The notes under the pieces were generated by a model. The model did no database searches, was not told where the DNA came from, and was given only the letters and a program-made list of their open reading frames with translations. A DNA stretch of 64,000 bases from Chloroflexota bacterium (GTDB lineage: Bacteria > Chloroflexota > UBA11872 > VXNJ01), in contig OZ253449.1 in NCBI GenBank assembly GCA_965261345.1, forward strand, positions 1,344,001 through 1,408,000, given 5' to 3'. Below, in pieces: positions 1 through 11,100 of the stretch. Each line of letters starts with the position of its first letter. The first letter of the stretch is position 1. Made by a program: the position numbers and the translations under genes.

Positions 1-868
1 CGGCGTCGGTTCCCGCCGGCAGCAGCAGCCGATCGCGGTCGTCGGGAACCGGTTTTGCCGGTTCCGCGGGGACGCGTTTTACGTCCTGGAGCAGGATCTG
101 CGACAGCAGCTGCGAGCAGGCCAGGATCTTATCGGCGCGCTTATTGTCGGGAGCAGGGGATTCAAGCGCGCTGCGGGCCCTTGCCAGCAGCGAGTCGGCG
201 TCTCTGACGATCCGCCCCAGGAACCGGCGGCGCTGTTTACGGTCCGACCAGTCGATGGCGACAGCGCCCTTCAGGCTCTTGCCGGCATGCAGGTTGTAGC
301 CGTGTTGGCGGGCCCACTCTTTGGGGTCTTGGCCATCCTGTTCGGCCAGGGCGCCGACCAGCAGGCGGCAGCCGTCCCCGATCAGGTTGTAGGCGTCCCG
401 CACCGCGCCCCTGCCCAGGATGGCGGTGGTATCGATCGCCAGCTTCATGCTCTGGCCCTTGAAGAAGCCCTTTTTGCGGGCGTGCTGCAGGGAGCGGCGA
501 AATATCCCCCGCGCCCTGCCGTGAACGATCAGCTGCGAGCGAAACAGCTGCAATGTGGACTTGGCGAACGCGCGTTCTTCCAGCTCGGTCCCCAGCGCCA
601 CCTTCCAGCGCAGGTCGTAGTCGGCCCGCTGCTTGGCCTCGTTGTCAGAGACCTTATCGTGGGCCTGCAGCAGGAGAACGGTGGCCAGCAGCGAGGGCGC
701 CACGCTGGGGCGGCCGTTGTCGGCGCAGTAGAGATCGGCGAAATCTTCGTCTTTGAACAGCTCTCCCCGCATGCCCGCCAGGCGGCCGTAGAAGGTATCG
801 CGTTCTACGTAGTCAAGGTGCAGGCCGTCGGTCGGGAAGAAGCCCTTTTGGGCATGGGTCCCCAGCAT
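1..868 (-). CDS. IS1182-family transposase, 3' part runs off the left edge of the window
   Basis: Not in the ORF track. Manual translation from ATG at 868 gives MLGTHAQKGFFPTDGLHLDYVERDTFYGRLAGMRGELFKDEDFADLYCADNGRPSVAPSLLATVLLLQAHDKVSDNEAKQRADYDLRWKVALG...STLQLFRSQL...LAIDTTAILGRGAVRDAYNLI. This fits a DUF772-type N-terminus plus the first Asp of the DDE triad. Confidence 0.88.
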   Translation of the reverse strand, partial: MLGTHAQKGFFPTDGLHLDYVERDTFYGRLAGMRGELFKDEDFADLYCADNGRPSVAPSLLATVLLLQAHDKVSDNEAKQRADYDLRWKVALGTELEERAFAKSTLQLFRSQLIVHGRARGIFRRSLQHARKKGFFKGQSMKLAIDTTAILGRGAVRDAYNLIGDGCRLLVGALAEQDGQDPKEWARQHGYNLHAGKSLKGAVAIDWSDRKQRRRFLGRIVRDADSLLARARSALESPAPDNKRADKILACSQLLSQILLQDVKRVPAEPAKPVPDDRDRLLLPAGTDA

Positions 869-989
869 GTCTCCACCACCCGGCAATGCTATGTTTTTAT
901 CAATGGAAAGGCTCCGCAAGATGCCTGTTGATATTTTATATGTTTGATGACGGATTAGCCCTTTGTACAGGGGCTTTTCGGCCGGGCTT
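1..989 (-). mobile_element. IS1182-family element (partial), end next to CTAG at 990-993
   Basis: The transposase above is followed by ...TTTTCGGCCGGGCTT|CTAG. CTAG is also the target of the second IS1182 at 5951-7534. The other end lies outside the window. Confidence 0.7.
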
Positions 990-1012
990 CTAGGGTCCTG
1001 TGCGCCAAACGG

Positions 1013-1631
1013 TCATTGGTCCACGGCAGCTTCGGCGAGCCGCTCGATTGCGGAGAGATTATTTTCCACAGTGTCGGCATTACCACGGTCGAGCCCGAGC
1101 ACAATGTTTTTCACATTGCTCGCGGGATCGAAGAAGCAGGGTTTTTGAAGCAACAATCCGAAGTCGGGATCAGGGTTGTACACAAAGAATCGGTGCAGGA
1201 ACGGGTCTCCGCATTCAATACGCAAGACGTACATCTCGTAGTCCGGATCGCCGACAATCATGTCGCTAAAGTCGATGATGCCAACGATTGCCCGCGCCAC
1301 CTGGTCAAAAATGAAGTGTTCGGCACTCAAGTCGGCGCGTAGCAACCCGGGCGTGTAGTCAGAGTTGCGGTACTCGCCCAGGTATGGGCAAACAACTTCT
1401 AAAGGCAGCCGCGGGTGCGCTGATTCAGCCTGGAATACGTGAGCTGCCGAATTGAATCCAGGTAGTGAGCAAAACGCACCGAGAAATCACCGTCGGCCAA
1501 TCCCAATCCCTTGCATTTATTGATCGGTACGGACTGCAGGTCCCTGAAAAACTCCGCTAGCTGTTTTGCCGCTAGGTCCCGAAAGCCGAGGCTCCCCCTT
1601 CGCTGTCCGAGTTCACGTTCAATTTCCCGGG
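1013..1631 (-). pseudogene. Aminoglycoside phosphotransferase (APH-like kinase) remnant
   Basis: Fragments LAAKQLAEFFRDLQSVP... and ...TPGLLRADLSAEHFIFD...IVGIIDFSDMIVGDPDYE match the HxDL/IIDFxD/GDP motifs, with the His replaced by Arg. There is a stop and frame change near 1399, and the 5' side is cut by IS256. Confidence 0.7.
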
Positions 1632-3021
1632 AGTTATGTGCCGAAAGTTCTGCAATTAGCTTTGGCGTCACCTTATCGAATTTAGCTTGATTGTTCGCTG
1701 AAATTTAGGCGGTAACGATCAACTCCAGTTCTCTGCGTTGCTCTTTCAGGAATGCCATGTTCAGGTAGCGGCTGGCCTCAATCCAGTTCTCGTGCTGTTC
1801 GACCGCAAGCGCCCTGACCAAGCGCAGGCAACTCGCACGACCCAAGAAAGATCCGCACCACGTGCGTCCGGCGCTTTATCTCCTCGTTTAACCGCTCCAG
1901 CATGTTGGTGGATTTAAGGTGCTTGTAGTGCTGCCGCGGCAGACGGTAAAAGCTGAAAGTCTCCTCAATGCCGCTCTCTACCCAGTCGCAGAGCCTGGGA
2001 TAGCGGCCCTGCCATTTGCCCAGCCAGGCTAAGAGGTCCCGACGGGCCTTAAGCGAGATCGCGCCGATCGTAGAGCCAGCGAAGTTCTTGGAGACAGTCG
2101 TCATCGGCCCTTCGCGGCAGGTAGTCGCTGAGCATTGCGCAGGAAGTGGACATAGCAGCGTTGCCAGATGGCTTCGGGTAAGTACTCGGCGATCGCCTGC
2201 TTTAGTCCGGCGTGGTTATCGGTAACGACAAACTGCACGGCGCTGAGGCCGCGATCGCGCATCCGGGACAGAAAGTCGCGCCAGCTGCTCTTACTCTCAC
2301 GGTTTACCAGCTCGACTGCCAGTACCGAGCGTCTGCCCTCCCAGTTGATGCCGATGGCGATCTGGACCGCCTGGGACCGGATGACTCCCTCCTCGCGTAC
2401 CTTTTCGTAGCGGGCATCAAGGATCAGGTAGGGATAGTTGGCCTCCAGTGGGCGCTCGGGCAATTTCCAGAGCGGCATCTAGCTGCTTGTTAATCCGGGA
2501 GATGTTGGAGGCTTCAGAATGCGTGACCACACAGCTCTTCGGTAATGGCCTTTCACTTTCCTGGTCGATACCCCCTGGACGTACATCTTTAGCCAGGGCG
2601 CTCACCAAGGCTTTTTCACTGCGCTGGTAGCGCTTTAAAGATCTCGGTGCTAAAGCGTCCCTGGCGGTCCTGTCAGCACCCTGAGTCTGATCTTGCCCAC
2701 CCGGGTGATAAGTCCGCGGCCGTAGTAGCCGCTCCGGTAGCCGCGACGGCCAGCGGTACGCTCACTCTTACCGGCTCCCAACGCCTCGTCCATCTCGGCT
2801 TCCTCCGATCTCCTGGACGGTCTGGTGGATGATGCCGCGGAAGAGCTCGGGATCACTTTTGAGCTCTTGGCGCCAGTCAATAGCGTTGTGGTTATTCTTC
2901 AATCGGGTCACTGGTTGCCTCCCTTAAGGCTCCGAGTTGTGCTAACTCAAGAATTTAAGGAGACGCCGTGGCCCGCTTCTTTTTACGGGCCTGCTTTTTG
3001 CATAACTATTGGGACACAACC
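1632..3021 (-). mobile_element. IS256-family element with decayed transposase
   Basis: Imperfect 24-bp terminal inverted repeats (AGTTATGTGCCGAAAGTTCTGCAA vs reverse complement GGTTGTGTCCCAATAGTTATGCAA). An 8-bp target duplication TTCCCGGG sits at 1624-1631 and 3022-3029. Confidence 0.9.
1700..2910 (-). pseudogene. IS256 (Mutator-type) transposase, multiply frameshifted
   Basis: Fragments in different frames: EAEMDEALGAGKSERTAGRRGYRSG; YPYLILDARYEKVRE...VVTDNHAGLKQAI...WQRCYVHFLRNA; STNMLERLNEEIKRRTHVVRIF. Boundaries are approximate. Confidence 0.9.
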
Positions 3022-3140
3022 TTCCCGGGCGATCTAGCCTGCATTGTGACTGAGCGCGGTCAAGGGTCGGTGGTAGCTTGGATGGGCTCGATCGCGCTAC
3101 AACCTGACAATTGGAATCAGTGCGGTCAAAGGAGGCCTGA

Positions 3141-3932
3141 ATGGACTTGCAACTAAACGGAAAGGTGGCAATCGTCACCGGCGGCAGCAAGGGGATCGGC
3201 AAAGCGATTGCGTTCGAACTGGCCCGCGAAGGCGTGGACCTTGCTCTCGCGGCCCGTTCTGAAGGCCCGTTGCGCGCATCCGCGGAAGAGATCGCTTCCG
3301 AGACCGGTCGGAAGGTGATCGCAATCCCGACCAATACGACCAAAACTAGCGACGTCCAGAACTTGGTCGACAAGACGGCCGCTGAATTCGGACGTGTAGA
3401 CATCTTGGTCAATTCGGCAGCGATGGCCGGTGGTCAGGTCCGCGGCAACCTGGACGAAGCCGAGGAGCAGGACCTGATCGAAGACCTGGATACCAAGGTG
3501 GTCGGGTACTTCCGGTGCATCAAGGCGGTGGCGCCGCACATGCGGGCCCGGAATTGGGGGCGAATCATCAGCATCGGCGGGCTCTCCGCCCGCAGCTCGT
3601 CAATCTATGGTTTGCGAAACTCCGCAGTTGTTCACATGACAAAAACGCTTTCGGATGAGCTGGGTGAATATGGCATCACGCTCAATGTGATTCACCCCGG
3701 ACTTACCGTGACCGAGGCGGTTGAGGCTCGGCTAAACGACGAGGCGAACCAGCGCAGCATTTCGTTCGAAGAGGTGGAGCGGGAAACGGCAGCGCACGTG
3801 GCGATCAGGCGCCTGCCTCGCCCCCAGGAACTGGCTTGGCTGACGACGTACCTGGCCTCACCGAAATCAGAGTGCGTAACCGGGGAGGTCATCGCAGCCG
3901 GAGGCGGCTCGCAAAGATCGGTGCACCAGTAG
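3141..3932 (+). CDS. Short-chain dehydrogenase/reductase (SDR)
   Basis: TGGSKGIG Rossmann motif, VDILVNSA and NVIHPG. RBS AGGAGG upstream. The catalytic YxxxK is atypical (YGLRN). Confidence 0.92.
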   Translation: MDLQLNGKVAIVTGGSKGIGKAIAFELAREGVDLALAARSEGPLRASAEEIASETGRKVIAIPTNTTKTSDVQNLVDKTAAEFGRVDILVNSAAMAGGQVRGNLDEAEEQDLIEDLDTKVVGYFRCIKAVAPHMRARNWGRIISIGGLSARSSSIYGLRNSAVVHMTKTLSDELGEYGITLNVIHPGLTVTEAVEARLNDEANQRSISFEEVERETAAHVAIRRLPRPQELAWLTTYLASPKSECVTGEVIAAGGGSQRSVHQ

Positions 3933-4483
3933 GCCAAATTGGGTCGCCAATCGCTCTGCGAGCGGGGCGAACGACCTATTCGTGTTCGGCTAGTTCGCCT
4001 CTCATAAGTGGCCCCCGGACACACCCCGCGCGGAGAAGGTGAAGACTCCGACCACAGCTCCTTGCGGACCTGCGCAGACGCCTCGGAATCTTCGGACAGC
4101 CGGACTTTAAATTCCACGATGATGCCCAGGTCGGCCGTCTGAGCTTTGCAGATCCGGATTGACAACGACCGGATGCTCGCGCAGATATCGCGTATCGCTG
4201 AGGGAATTCTTTCAGGATCATCAGGCTTGTGGCGCGCAGGGTTTGCCACCCGGCCGCTATCACCTATCAGGACAGTGACCAGTCCAAGGTCAACTACCCG
4301 GCCACCCTCGCCTCCGACCATCGGCGTTGCAACCACACTTCTGTCGGCGCAATGATCTACCTACCTATTGGGTAAACTGCCGCCACAGCCACGCCCGCAC
4401 AAACCCTACATCTGAGCTCGGGCCGAAGTTTTGGCAACATCTTTCGGATCTCCCTGTGGCGGACTATCGAGGTAGAGACGGCC

Positions 4484-5017
4484 ATGCCAAACCGAGCCGT
4501 GATTGGCATGGCAACCCTGTTTCTGGTAATGCTGTCGGCAGCAACAGCGTGCGGCCCAATGGTTCCGGATTTGCCTCTGCTTGATGCCATCGACCAGAAC
4601 AACGCGGACGCAGTGCGGGGTCACATGGAATTTGGAACGGACCCAAACCAAACGTTCATTCCGCCGGGATTTCCGTTCGCCGGCGCATCAGCTCTGCATT
4701 TGGCAGTCTTAAAGGACGACCAAGAGATCGCGCGGACCCTCATGGAAAACGGCGCCAACATCGACTTAAGGGCCCGGGACGCATTCTAAGGATCGCCGCT
4801 CGAATGGGCGGTATTCTTCGGAATCAAAGAGATGGGCGTGTTCCTGGTGGAGTCGGGGGCGGATCTCAACGCGAAGAATGGCTTTGGGACGACGCCGCTT
4901 GACGCCGCCACCGCCGACAACCCTTTTATCCCCGCTGCGGATCTGGACATGTTCATCCAAGACCGGGCTTTCCTCAACCAATACCTGAGCGAGAAGGGCG
5001 CAAAATCCGGCTTATAG
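4484..5017 (+). pseudogene. Ankyrin-repeat lipoprotein with an in-frame TAA at 4787-4789
   Basis: Signal peptide ending LSAATAC. Ankyrin motifs GASALHLAV...GANIDLRARDAF*GSPLEWAV...GADLNAKNGFGTTPLDAA are continuous in one frame across the stop. Confidence 0.85.
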
Positions 5018-5950
5018 CGACCGGACCGGTGTCTGACGGGGCTAGTGCAGATTTGAGTTCGCCAGCCGGGAATCAGGAGCGGAGATACAACGGGCTCGAT
5101 GGTCTTCGGGGGATTGCGATGCTACTGGGCATCGTTCTTCACGGATCGCTGCCCTACTTCTCACGCATCGGCGGGATTGAGTCGATCTGGCCCGCGGACG
5201 ATGACCAGTCGGTGGTGCTGTATCTGGTGTTCGACTGGATCCATTCCTGGCGGATGCCGGCGTTTTTCCTGTTAGCGGGGTTCTTTGCCCACCTGGTGTT
5301 GAACCGCCGCTCAACATCGGAATTCGTTTTCGATCGACTAAAGAGGATTGCTTTGCCGCTGGCGCTGTTCGGGGCTGTGATGGCGTTCTTAATCCCGCCG
5401 ATATGGATCTATGGATGGTTCGGCGTAATGTCACTGGAAGTACTCGGAGATGTCCTGCAGGAAAGGCGCGACCTTGGCTCTAGTGGTGATTTCATTGCCC
5501 ATTTGTGGTTCCTGTACTACCTGCTGCTGATGTACGCTGGCCTGGTTGTTTTCCGGCTGCTGGGGAGGCTCCATTGGGTGCGGACAATCCTGCGAGCGGA
5601 AGGCCGGCTTTCGGTTGGAAAGTACCTGGGCAACGCCACCTACACGCGCATACCGCTGTTGCTGATACTGGGGGCGATTTTCCTGCTCGTTCTCCGGGCC
5701 GGTAATGATTCAAAGCCCATATGGCCGCCGAATGTGACGGATGTGCTCTTCGGTGCAATGTTCTTCTTCTATGGGTACGGGCTCTTTGCCCGGCGGGAGC
5801 TCATCGATCGGTTGAAGGGTTCGAGAACCTTGGCCGCGCTGTTGGCCATCGGGACGGCGGCTTTCATCATTCACGCTGCATTGATCGGGCAAATATTCGA
5901 TATGACGAACCAGGGCATGGCCGAGGAGACCAAGGAATTCCTTGGGCTAG

Positions 5951-7534
5951 GAGTCTGCGCCGCAGGATTTGCGACCGAGCCCCGATCGCGCCTGTTTCGG
6001 CGTTTTTGCGGCACGCAACGGTTGCGGCATGCTCCGGCGACGCAGACTGCCGCCGGTCACGGGCATCTGCAATGCGTCGATCGACCCGGATGAACCGGTT
6101 CGGGCGCCAAGGGGTCTCAATTCGGGGCGTTCGCGCTGCATTTACCCTCCGGCCACGACATTTATCCGCCTGGCGTTGAGCGCCAGGCACACCAGGGCCC
6201 ACTCGCCCTGCACTTTCCTTAAATCCCCTTACGCTGAAGCGCCGGAAGCCCATGACGTGCTTTATCCAGCCGAACGGAGGTTCGGCGATGTGCTTGCGGT
6301 CCGCGTAGGTCTTCCTGCCTTCGGCACCGGCGATCTTGTCCGCCATGCGCGCCCGGGCCGGGGTGCGGGCGGCGAATCGGCCGCCGCCTTCGCGGCCCAG
6401 CGCCAGGTAGGCATCGACGCCCCGGCGCTCCAGTTCGGCAAGGGTCCGCTCCGAGGCGTAGCCGCTGTCGGCCAGCACCTTGCCAGGCGAGGCGCCCAGG
6501 TTTTCCTGAACCTGGTCCAGCATCTCCTCCAGCCGGCCGTAGTCGGCCGGATTGGCGCCGACGTCGACGGCCACGATCAGGCGCGATGACCCGTCGACCG
6601 CCGCCTGGGCGTTGTAGGCCTGCTGGAAGCCCTCCGACGAGGTCTGCATGATGCAGCTCTCGGGATCGGTGAAGTTGCTCTGCGCCTTGGGGTCGGGTTC
6701 CCCGTAGGGGCGCTTGTAGCGTGGGCCGCGGCGCGGCGGGCCGTCGTCTTTGGGGGAGCGGCCGCGCTCGTCGTCGCGCTCCCGGGCTTTTTGCTCCAGG
6801 CGCTGCTTGGCCCGTTCTATCGCCTGCAGGCGCGATCGGCGGCGTTTGAGCTCTTCGGGAACGTCCTCGCCCGAGCCGTCGGGGCCGTACTGTTCGTCCT
6901 CGGCCAGGTCGGCGGCCTCGGCCCGCTCCAGCAGGGCGGTGATCTCGGCGCGCAGCTTTTGCTCCTGCTCCAGCATGCGCCCATAGCTCATCGCCTTGCG
7001 CCGGGAGGCCGAAGCCCGCACCTTGCTGGCGTCCACCGCCAGGGTCCCCAGTCTGGTAAGTCCCATCTCGCGGGCGATTGCAACGACCTGCACGAAGAGG
7101 TCCTTGAAGTCCTCAAGGTGGCGCTTTCGGAACTCGCAGATGGTGCGGTGGCGGGGTAGGCTGCCGGCGGCCAGCAGCCGGAAGGCCAGGTCGCGCTGTA
7201 AGGCGCTGGCGATCCGGCGCGAGGAGAAGGTGCCGGTGGCGTAGCCGTAGAGCAGGATCTTGACCATCATCGCCGGTTCGTAGGGGGAGTTGCGGCGGCC
7301 GTCGCCCTCGTAGGGGGCATAGAAGGCGGCCAGGTCCAGGGCGTCGACCAGGTCGGCGATCTGGTAGGCCAGGTCTCCATCGGGAAGCCACTCGCGCGGG
7401 TTCGGCGGCAGCAGGTGCGGCTGGTCGGGGTGGTAGGGCCGGAAGGTGGTCGGCATGGAGGCCGCCTGGCGAATACTTACGGGGAGTGCGCGGTTCCCGA
7501 TTCTCCCTTTAGGATTTTTCTGCGGCGCAGACTC
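5951..7534 (-). mobile_element. IS1182-family insertion sequence
   Basis: Perfect 15-bp inverted repeat GAGTCTGCGCCGCAG / CTGCGGCGCAGACTC. CTAG is duplicated at 5947-5950 and 7535-7538. Confidence 0.95.
6142..7456 (-). CDS. IS1182 transposase with a +1 frameshift near 6220
   Basis: PYEPAMMVKILLYGYATGTFSSRRI, LAVDASKV, NFTDPES, LADSGY, AEPPFGWIK. The conserved-looking tail GLRKVQGEWALVCLALNARR* lies in the next frame and stops at 6142. Confidence 0.9.
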
Positions 7535-8110
7535 CTAGTCGGGACCTTTTTCTTTGGAGTTGCGGCGGTCTTGTTTAGCGTCGGGTTGATCGGGTTGATC
7601 GGGTTGTTCGAGCGCTTGCTGCCCTCACCCCGTCGGTGGGTTCGTTGGCTTGCGGACTCCTCGTATTGGTTATACATAATCCACCTGCCGCTGGTGGCCT
7701 TCCTCACTTTCTCTCTCGCCCACCTTGACCGGCAGGGTTGGCTCAAATACCTGACGGGCGTGAGCTGGGGCGCGGAAACGAAATTTCTGGCAGCGTGCGT
7801 CGTGACCGGGATCGTGGGCTTGGCCTCGTACCGGTACCTGGTCAGATACACATTTATAGGGGCGCTGCTGAACGGCAAGAGAACCAAAGCCTTGCCCTAG
7901 TGCCGAAATTCGGAATCACAATTACCCTTCCGTGCGCAGGTCGCCGCCATGGCGTGAAGACTTCGCGTAGGCACTGGCGCAACGCATCGAGGATTCATCG
8001 GGCGGCATCGGGCGGTTGCTTTCGCTCACCGCGATGAATATTTGACCGATCGCGGTCGCCAAGAATCATCGGAGTCGGCCGATAGCGGATCGTTAACTAG
8101 CCTGGATCCG

Positions 8111-11100
8111 TCAGATCTCGTGCGGCACCAAATATGGTGTAAATTCATCGTCGTTTACCAATCGATCGGCACGCGCAAACGGGGGATGTTCAGCAAAGTC
8201 GGGAACCAGAATACCGCGCAAGATGTCGCCCAAAAGAGTCAACTTTACCGTTTCGCCTGGACCCTGGGGATGGAATTCAACAACGGCGGCCTGAAAGTAT
8301 TGACGCACAAACCCAGCGGTGGTCCCGGGCGCCCGTAACCGGCCGATAAGGTCTTGGTCACGGCGTGCTTCGCTCTTGGGGAATCCGAAAGCTTCCACGC
8401 CGCCCAACTTCGCAAAGAAGTCGGCAAAGCCAACCTCGTCTCCTTCCACCGAGAGATTAGAGACCTTGTGCCCCCAAGGACCCAGCGGTGTGCCAGGGTG
8501 GGGATTTAAGACACTTGGTTCCACGCCTTGGTCGATGGCTCCACCTTCTCCACCGCCAACATAATCCCAGGCGAGCCTGCGCTCGACGATCCAACCATTG
8601 CCAAGGTTGTGGAAGTCCACAACACCGCGCTGGTAGAACTGGGTCAGGGTGCCATCCTCTAAGACCAGCACCTCGGAAGTCGGATAGCCCCAACGAGTAC
8701 GACCTCCAGCTCGCAGGTAGTGGCCCAGAAAATCTGCGGTTCGCACCTGGCCGTTGGCGAACGTTATCTCCAATTCGGGAATATTGTGGGCCAGATCGGG
8801 ATTGCCGCGGGCAATTTCGAACCGATGATCTAAGACTTTCAAGCGGTAGTCGATTGTGGGCACTACCAGCTCGGGTTCGGGTGGGGGCCGCCCACCTCCG
8901 CCACCACCGCCTCCGCCACCGCGGCGGATGGGCGGAGCGGGGTCGGACGTGGCGGTAAGAGTGACTGGAACCCTTGCGCTCGCCCCGGATGGGTCCGTCG
9001 CGGTTATCTCAACCATGTATTCGGTTTCGGCCAATTCGATCGGCGGAATCGAGTCGGCCACCGTGATTTGACCCGTGTATTGATCGATGTCAAAGAATTG
9101 CGCGTCAGGGCCGAACATCCTGTAGGTCAGGGTATCCCCGTCACGATCTAGCGCCTCGACCGGTGGGCCCGCCTTGGTTCCGGCCGCCGGACGCGCAGCT
9201 ACCGTGCGATCAATCGATCCGGCGGCAAACTCCGGCGCATCGTTAACCGACTGGATCGTGACGGCGACCGAGGCATCGGTGGAGAAATTGACGCCGTCGG
9301 AAACGCGGTAAGCGAAGGTGACTCCGCCGTGGTAGTCTGCTTCGGGATCAAAGGTTATGGAGTTGTCTTGCTGCACTTGGGCGGATCCGAATTGCGGTGC
9401 GCGGCGCAGCGTAACGGTCAGGGTGGCACTTTCGGGGTCACGGTCATTGGCAAGCACGTTTATGGACACCTCCTCGTCCTCAAGTGTTGAGGCGATGTCG
9501 TTGGCTGCTTCGGGTGGTTCGTTTATGTCGGTTACCGCAATTGCCGCGGTAGTACTACTACTGGCGTTTGAGGGATCGTTGGTGGTAACTGTGATCGAGT
9601 AAGCCGATCGTGTCTCGTAGTCCAGATGCGTGTTCGGTCCGACTCGGATCTGACCGGTCATGTGGTCGATCGTGAAGAAGTCAGTGTCTCCGGCGGTGAG
9701 CGTGTAGGTCAGCGTGTCATTGTCAGGATCGTCGGCTGTAATGGTCGGTCCTACCGCGGCTCCCGAGAGCGCGTTCTCGGGTACCTCGAGACCGGGAAGG
9801 CCGCCGGAAAAAACAGGGTCTTCGTTGGTTGCCGGCGCCACCTCCGTCCGGTAACGAGAGGTCGCCTCCGCGCTCTTGCCGCCGCCGCGGGAATCGCTGT
9901 ACGCGGTCCTCACCCGCAGAAATTGATTCAGATCGCTGTCCGCCGGCGTGTAGGTGTTACCCATCGCACCGCCAATTCCACTCCAAGTTCGCCCGTCGGA
10001 TGACTGGTCCCACGACCACGTACTGCCACTGACCCCACCGTCGGGATCATCCAGGATGGCCGTTAGCTGAATGCCGATTCGAGGCTGCAGCGAGGAGAGG
10101 TTGAGCGTGCCCGCCTCCTCATCATTGACCACTGTGATTGTGACGGTGCGGGTGCCGGTATTGGGGCCGTCAGACGCTCCCACGACCACCAGATACTCGT
10201 TGTCCCCTCCGGCGTCCAAGGCGTTCTCGAAGTTGGGGGTTACGGCAAAGCGCAGCGCACCGTCGCCGTTGATCACGAAAGCGTTGCGGTCCGCTCCCTG
10301 CAACGACCAGGCGACGATGATCTTCTCGGGATCATCGGCGTCGAAATTGGCAACTTCCCTCGTATCTCCCTCCCTAATGGACACTGCGGCGGGTGGGCCG
10401 ACCACAGGCGTCTCGTTCAAATTGATCACCCGCACCGCCACCGCCCGGGAGCCGGAAATCTCCCCGTCGGAGGCGATGACCGTCACCCCGTAGGCGTTGT
10501 CGCGATTGGCGTCAGCCGGGTCCTCGAAATCGGGGGACGCCTTGAAAGTCAATTGGCCGCGGTCGCTAATCTCGAACTTTTCTCCGTCAGCTCCCTCTAC
10601 CGACCAGGTGATCGAATCGTTCTCAGGGTCGTTAGCGGTATACGTGGCGACTGCCTGGGTGGAATTCTCCTGGTAATTGACGATTGGCGGCCCGGCAATG
10701 ACGGGCGCCTCATTTACGTTGGTGACGCTGATTGTCAACGTGACGCTGTCGGTCAATCCGTACGGGTCGGCGACGGTCACGACCACTTCATACGAATGCG
10801 TGGCCTCGAAATCGAGCGCCGCGTTGGCGCGGACCTGCCCGACACGAACGTCGGCGATATTGAAATAAGCGGCATCGCGCCCGCTGAGCGAATAGGTTAG
10901 CGGCCCACCGTCCGGATCGGTGGCAGTAACGGTTGCGATGACCGTCGCGGCGCTGCTGTTCTCGGGCACCGACTCCGCACTGCTTGGGGACGGGAACTCG
11001 GGGGGACGGTTGGGTACGACTTTGAGGATCCGATCCGAACCCCCGCCATTTGAGGTGGTGATATAAAGGGCACCGTCAGGCCCCAGTAACGGTGTTCGCA

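Larger units (their letters stand above)
5029..7900 (+). pseudogene. Acyltransferase-3 family membrane protein (OpgC/MdoC-like), interrupted by IS1182
   Basis: GLDGLRGIAMLLG, WRMPAFFLLAGFF and HLWFLYYL in the 5' part; LADSSYWLYIIHLPL in the 3' part. Removing the IS and one CTAG restores the frame (EFLGL|VGTFFFG). Confidence 0.9.

Noticed and set aside
287-931. 214-aa plus-strand ORF
   Set aside because: It is the antisense shadow of the IS1182 transposase on the minus strand.
3933-4483. Possible gene remnant between the SDR and ankyrin genes
   Set aside because: No frame gave a motif I could assign.
5867-6141. Transposase ORF running past the IS end
   Set aside because: This results from the +1 frameshift near 6220. 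The natural stop is at 6142.
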